The position numbers and the translations under genes were made by a program. This document shows, one piece after another, positions 51,333 through 64,000 of a stretch of 64,000 nucleotides of DNA. The notes below the pieces were generated by a model. That model was not told the origin of the DNA. It saw nothing but the letters and a program-made list of their open reading frames with translations, and made no database searches. Within the stretch, counting starts at the first letter, position 1. Every line of letters starts with the position of its first letter. This stretch comes from Hormiphora californensis. Taxonomy: Eukaryota > Animalia > Ctenophora. Location: the NCBI GenBank assembly GCA_020137815.1, contig CM035350.1:4216001-4280000 (forward strand). The letters are read 5' to 3'.

Positions 51333-52586
51333 CTAGCACATGTGCTCATGCCTGCAAACTCCATCATCACAGCGGATAGTGCCACTAGCACAGGCATCAT
51401 CACATCCATTGCAGTACTTCATGCAGTAATCCTCGACAAACCAGTCGTAAGCACAGTACCCATACCTGTCATCATAGTACTTGCAAGAGGCTTCGCTAAG
51501 ATCGTTCTCGCACGGCACCTCCGGCTCAGAGCCACCATCGTCCGAGTTCTTGGGGTTGTAGGTGGTAGCGGCATCGGACCCAGAGTCCTGTACTCCAGTG
51601 GAACTGAGGGCAGGGTAGCTAGAGTAGGAGAACAGCTTGCATGCACTAGAATATCCCCGGGCGAACTTGACGAAACCGTTATCTCCCCAACTGGATCCCC
51701 AGGAGTTTTTAACCAGGATGTATGTCGAGGTGTAACCCACTCCAGTAACAGCATGGTTCGCACGATACGAGCATGTGCTGTCTGACAGGATTCCTCCAGA
51801 ATAACTCTGGAACCGGGTTGTCGCCTGGAAAGCCATAGAAAGGGATCCCTCAGCCAATGCAGCAATGTTCTGGGACTCAGTTGAGCCTGCAGAGGTCGCT
51901 TTGGTAATCTTTGCAGCTACAAGACCGTTACTCTTAGACGACTTCTTACAGGAACCATCATAGGGGACGTAGGAGTAAGAAGAGGTAGGTGCTAGTCGTC
52001 CGTATCTAGCAGAATATGTGTAACAATCATCAGGCCATCCTCCATTACATCCGTTTCGGGTGCTGTAGACACAGTCAAGGTACTCCTGCTCGGCGAAGTT
52101 TCTCAGCACACCTGTTTTGGTAGCGTACCTCGTCTCCAGACCTCCGACAGCTCCAAAAGTCCAGCAAGAACCACAGGAACCCTGGTTTTTCACCGGTGTC
52201 ACCTTTCCCTCGTTGGTCCAGAGTTTCTCACTAGGAACAGATCCTCGCTTAGCTAGGAGATCTTCGTCAGCACCCTCATCGTTCTCATGTCCGGTAACGT
52301 TGAGTCCCAGGTAGGACTCCTTCTCAGCCTCCGCCATCGTGGAGAACATGTTGAGTGCGAAGTGGGCGGTCTCTCCCTCAACATCATTCTCACTGGCTAC
52401 GAAGTGGGCGTTCAGTTTGAACAGCCTGAACCTCATTCCTTCCTCGGCAGAGCTAAACTGGAGGTGTTGATCTCCCTTGAACTTCTTGTAGAGCTCCAGG
52501 GTCTTGGTGGGACTTTGCAGGATAGCCTTCAGTCCATCGTCCTTGGCATGGGCCAGGGCGATCAGTAGAACAATCAGGAACTTCAT
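51333..52586 (-). CDS. Intronless papain-family (cathepsin L-like) protease with I29 prodomain and Cys-rich ShK-like tail
   Basis: Signal peptide; QGSCGSCWTF, ANHAV and KNSWG catalytic motifs intact. Confidence 0.93.
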   Translation of the reverse strand: MKFLIVLLIALAHAKDDGLKAILQSPTKTLELYKKFKGDQHLQFSSAEEGMRFRLFKLNAHFVASENDVEGETAHFALNMFSTMAEAEKESYLGLNVTGHENDEGADEDLLAKRGSVPSEKLWTNEGKVTPVKNQGSCGSCWTFGAVGGLETRYATKTGVLRNFAEQEYLDCVYSTRNGCNGGWPDDCYTYSARYGRLAPTSSYSYVPYDGSCKKSSKSNGLVAAKITKATSAGSTESQNIAALAEGSLSMAFQATTRFQSYSGGILSDSTCSYRANHAVTGVGYTSTYILVKNSWGSSWGDNGFVKFARGYSSACKLFSYSSYPALSSTGVQDSGSDAATTYNPKNSDDGGSEPEVPCENDLSEASCKYYDDRYGYCAYDWFVEDYCMKYCNGCDDACASGTIRCDDGVCRHEHMC

Positions 52587-52646
52587 CTTCAGTCTTCTTC
52601 TTCAGTCTTCAGTAGTGGCGGTGTGAGAAGTGGGGTAGTGAAGGGG

Positions 52647-52654
52647 TTTATATA
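52647..52654 (-). promoter_or_regulatory. TATA box of the protease gene
   Basis: TATATAAA about 60 bp upstream of the ATG. Confidence 0.55.
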
Positions 52655-53558
52655 CTGCTCAATTGCCAGTGCAGGTAAAGTGTGATTAAGACGAATCTTA
52701 CCAAGTGCTTCGTCTTGCTAATCCAGCTGTATTGTTATACTCGTTCACTGTACCATTTTCTAGTTATTTGCCTTTGTAGATTTGTAATTCCTTTGTTTTT
52801 TGTGAGACTTGGTACTTATTAGCACGTTAGGAAGACACGTGAAACTTGCCAAACAAAAACTCCCAAGTGAAAAGTGGAAGAAAACAAAGGTGCTTCTCGG
52901 TAAACTAGACTGGAAATTCTAGAATACCGCACTTATTTTGCGGCAAGAAGTTATGACTTGGGGACCTTTACCATGTATAACTCTTTTCTTTTCTCCAATA
53001 CGAATCTCACAATCTCATTTCCACTTTCCACCAACCACTTAATTATGTAGTAACCAATCTTGTGTAATAGTGGTCCAATGACCGGGCCAAAACCACTTAA
53101 CACATGAGAGGAATCACACTTACCTTTTGTAATCCAGGGGATGGAATAACTCACCTGCACCCGGAAAATGGTTAAATTGTACATAATAACCATTCCCATT
53201 AATGAATCATCCATTTTTCCCTTTTCTTCTTCTTATTTATTGCAGAGTATTCTAAACCTCATTTCAGAATCTGTAGCTCCATTGCACACTGTCCAAATTG
53301 TACACACATTTTTAACTACATTACCCACACTATTCTGGGAGGGTGTGAGAAATGGGACATAAATCTGTCACCCTCCTTCCGTTCCTGTTTGACTAAGTCG
53401 ACTTTAGCGCTATTTTCCCGTATATTGTCAAGTTGATTAAGTCAAAAAATATGTCTTTGGCATTCATTTAGATGAGATCATGGAACGACTTCCATATTTC
53501 TTACTCCTAATATTTCTCTGATTGTGACCGCTATTTCCCAGCTAGCAAAGTTATCACC

Positions 53559-60693
<7,135 letters not shown>

Positions 60694-61280
60694 TTTGTTG
60701 TTATGGGAATATGTGTGTCAGTGTGTGTGTGTAATATCTTTATTTGGTTTGTTTTCAAGACCTGTTTGTGCCCCCTATTTCCTTCCTTCCCCATAACTAT
60801 TCTATGTTGCGTTTATTAATTATATAATAGAGGGTTAGTGTATTTATGCGTGTGTGTGACCATGTGAGAGAGAAGAGAGACGTTTTGATGCGTTTTTAAG
60901 AAATTTAATGAAACATAATGCCAATGATTTATGATGTAGTATTTACATTGTAAATATTCTAATAGTTTTCACAATTCTCAGTAAACTAAACATGTTTATT
61001 ATCCTGTCTTTTGAGCCTGTGAACATGGCTATGGTTTCAAATACTTCCTAAGTGACTGTCTAGCGTTGCCAGACCCTATATTGAGTCTCAGTGTGCTCAG
61101 ATCGGGCCGGCAGCGCCAGACAGAAAAGTGATCGGAACGATCTGAGAGAGGGACTCAATTCGACTGGCCAGTGTTTAAACACTGCGCACACTCACTGCTG
61201 AAGTTTCAACTTTCTACACTTTCCAAACAATTGGCAACTGCGCGCAATTGGATTCAGCAATATTTTGTGACCGGGAGTAC

Positions 61281-61435
61281 TAAAGTCGGATTTTTTGAAG
61301 TTGTCACCCCAAAATGACCGCGTGTGTGAAATTTATCAATTTTGACGCGCATACCACACGTTAACATGTGATGTGACGCGCAAAAACATTCCGCACACGA
61401 GAAGGGGGGTGACAACTTCAAAAAATCCGACTTTA
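61281..61435. mobile_element. 155-bp MITE with TA ends (Tc1/mariner-like)
   Basis: Perfect 30-bp inverted repeat TAAAGTCGGATTTTTTGAAGTTGTCACCCC. Confidence 0.9.
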
Positions 61436-61693
61436 CACTTTGCCACAAATTACAAACATAGTCAAACTTCGATTTATGGATTTAGGTTGAGTCGCTTGAC
61501 ACTGTTTCCGTGCTCCGCAGAATAAAAAGAAAGTATGAACAATTCAAGATTTAGGCACGTCGTGCCTCTTTGTGCTCATGCCCCCCTCACAAGTCCACGA
61601 TAAATTGAAAACTCGTTTCGTTACAGTTGTACAAGCAAGAAATAAAAAACAGTAAAATAAAATAGATCTCAGACGTCAATAAACTGTCCTATT

Positions 61694-64000
61694 TCACGGA
61701 AGGGAAATATTTTCGGTAATAGCAGATGCCCCGTGCTCGGATCCCAGCGTACTTGGAGAGTGTATGGAATCGAAATCATCTACTTTTAATCCCTCGACCC
61801 ACTCTTGTGTTCGGTCTCTCGGTCCAAGTGTTCTTGTACTGGTATCAATCTGAGGAATTTAGATTTAACAATCTGATAGATTCGGGATTTTGAATTAATG
61901 AATTACCCAGTGATATAAATTCTAAAACATCTCCCTACCTTCTGAGGTGTTCGTTTGATGTCAGTAAATAAGTCCTCCGCAGCATTTAAACGTTTCATTA
62001 TCGCCGCTTTCCTGTCAAATCCACTGGTCGACCTACAACGAAGAGTATATTTCAATCCAGAAGAAATTATATAAGTGCAAAACTTTGTTGTCTCGTTCAG
62101 ACCTTCCCACGCTGACTAATACTACTGCAATGATCGTACCTTCTTTGGGTCGTTGGACTAGCTTTAAACGGTTTCACTTCCTTTCTAATTTTCTCTTCTC
62201 TTTCCTTTTTGAAATCATGTAGCCTAGCCAGACGTTTCTTTTTCATCCATTCACCGAGCTCCTTTTTACTTTCAGAGTCACCCTGGAGGATAATATGATG
62301 AGTGAATTGGAATGTTACAACATGTGGTGGCCGTGGCTATGTTATACTGAAGATATAACTTTCTGGCGACATTATCCCGGATAATGCCGCACGAAATCAA
62401 TCTCTCCCTGTCTCAGTAAATTGGGTTTTAGAAATAACCAGGGAAGTGGGAAACACTCCTGATACGATAATTGGCGAACTTGTTACATGGCACTCCCCCA
62501 AATATTCAATCATTTTATTACCTTCTTCTGATATATTGGTGGCTGGTTTTTGGATCCTGTTTTCCCATGATGTGGTGCAGGATTTGTCCCCTTCTTGGTC
62601 CCTCCACCGGGTGCAGCTGGCCGTGGTGTTATGACTGCACTAGATGTATCACTATCAAGAGCTGCCTTCAGTAGGTCCTCAGTATTTGTAGGTAGAGACG
62701 TGTCACTGCTGGCAATAGAGACTTCCTCTAACGGGGTAGATTTAGCAGCTCCCCTTCGTACAGGTTTCATAACATTTGACTTCTTCTGTGGATCGTCTTT
62801 AGGTTCAAACTTCTTCGTGACTGTTGGTGGAGCTGCCTTAGGTTTGGGTGTCGATGTCACTACTTGTTGATGCAATGGCTTCTTTGTCACCATTTCCAAT
62901 GATCGTGGTGTTGCTCTTGATGTTATCGGTTTTCCAGCTGGTTGTGTTGCAAGTCTCCGAGATTCCAGCAACAAGTTGATCTGCCTACTCCTCTCTAACT
63001 CCCTCTCCCGGTCCAGTCGAGTGTGTTCCTGCAAGTTGTGTAGTGTCTCGGCTATCATTTCACCATATTTCCCAGGATTGGTCGGTTTCACAAACTCATC
63101 CAGGTGTTTTTCAGGTTTCTTGCTGAGCAGTTTGTCAACCAACTCATCTTCTTCCATCTTCCTTTCTTCCATCCTAGGATCCTGGTTTGAGGAACGTGGC
63201 GATGATCTGTCAGTAACCGCTACTTCCTCATCCTCTTCGACAAGAGCTGAATGGTCGTCGTTTTCAATAGTTTTCCCACCCTCAGACTCTGGTGAGATAC
63301 TCCGGTGTGAAAGGTACTTTCCAATTGATGATAGCGTGTCGTCCTCGGTATGTTGGGGAGAGGGGGCTGGTTGAACGGCGGGTTTATGTGAAACTTTAGG
63401 AGGTGGAGAAGGTGATTTACTGACAACATGGAGGCAGGTGGGGGAGATTTGGATTTGGTTGGTTGTCTGGTGGGCTTTGGAAGCTGCAAAGTGGAAGAGA
63501 CTTTCTTATTTTTCTTTTCCCGACTCACATCTCTAACTTCAATGAACTCTTTTGCTGGTTTAGGATGATTCTGCTTTTTGTTCCACAGATGACCGAAGCT
63601 GGAAGTGTGTTCCGCCCTGTTTTTCATTAGGGATATCAACAACATCAAGAAATCTGGCAGGTTGAGTAGGTCGGGGATTAAGGAACTGTTCCAAAAAGAG
63701 CTCATGTTTCGATCTGAAATAATTCGGTTTGGTCTCATCCTTCTCTGTGGTATCTGCTGCACTCAGCTTCAGTTCCTTGTTTGGTTCCTGAGATTTCATT
63801 TTTCTCAATTCATCAGCAGAGTTTTGAATACTCTCTAACAACATTTTGCACTGTTCCATTACATTCACTCCCACGTCCTCTCGATTCACAGTCCGCTGAT
63901 ATGTCACATTTTCTGATAACGGTAGCTGGGATGTTGTCTTGAAAGGTTGGTGGTGGTGGTTGGACCTTCTCCTGGTTCCAGTTGCACACTTGTATCCACC
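61694..64000 (-). CDS. 3' part of a large low-complexity protein, CPLANE1-like
   Basis: Exon at about 62282-62140 encodes KKELGEWMKKKRLARLHDFKKEREEKIRKEVKPF, resembling the CPLANE1 C-terminal conserved block. The reading frame switches near 63560 and 63430. Confidence 0.55.

Noticed and set aside
61200-61232. Degenerate SL-like sequence (aagtttcaactttctacactttccaaacaatt)
   Set aside because: Needs several gaps, is AT-rich and lacks the TTTGAG end; may be chance.

Overview
Gene-dense, intron-containing animal DNA, most likely from a cydippid ctenophore (a 40-nt match to the ctenophore spliced leader as I recall it, plus a ctenophore-type innexin). Genes in order: PP2A B55 subunit (-, partial), mitochondrial EF-Ts, iRhom, TMEM35-like, a coiled-coil/EF-hand/CAAX protein, POLR3A (20874-47839, about 25 exons), an XK-like membrane protein, a cathepsin L-like protease with a ShK-like tail, TMEM214, and the 3' part of a CPLANE1-like gene. 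POLR3A introns host antisense nested genes: an innexin, four single-kringle secreted proteins and CCDC81. They also host a LINE, hAT-type and Helentron-like elements and MITEs. The most notable observation is a TSD-flanked, (TAA)n-tailed, ORF1-only retroelement whose 5' end is the spliced-leader exon itself (19581-20818); it may regenerate its 5' end by trans-splicing. Also notable are about 35 tandem copies of a complete 3' splice site in the PP2A gene, T-shaped terminal hairpins on Helentron-like elements, and the kringle cluster. Several single-base insertions in conserved genes suggest assembly errors. All homology calls are by eye; no searches were run.
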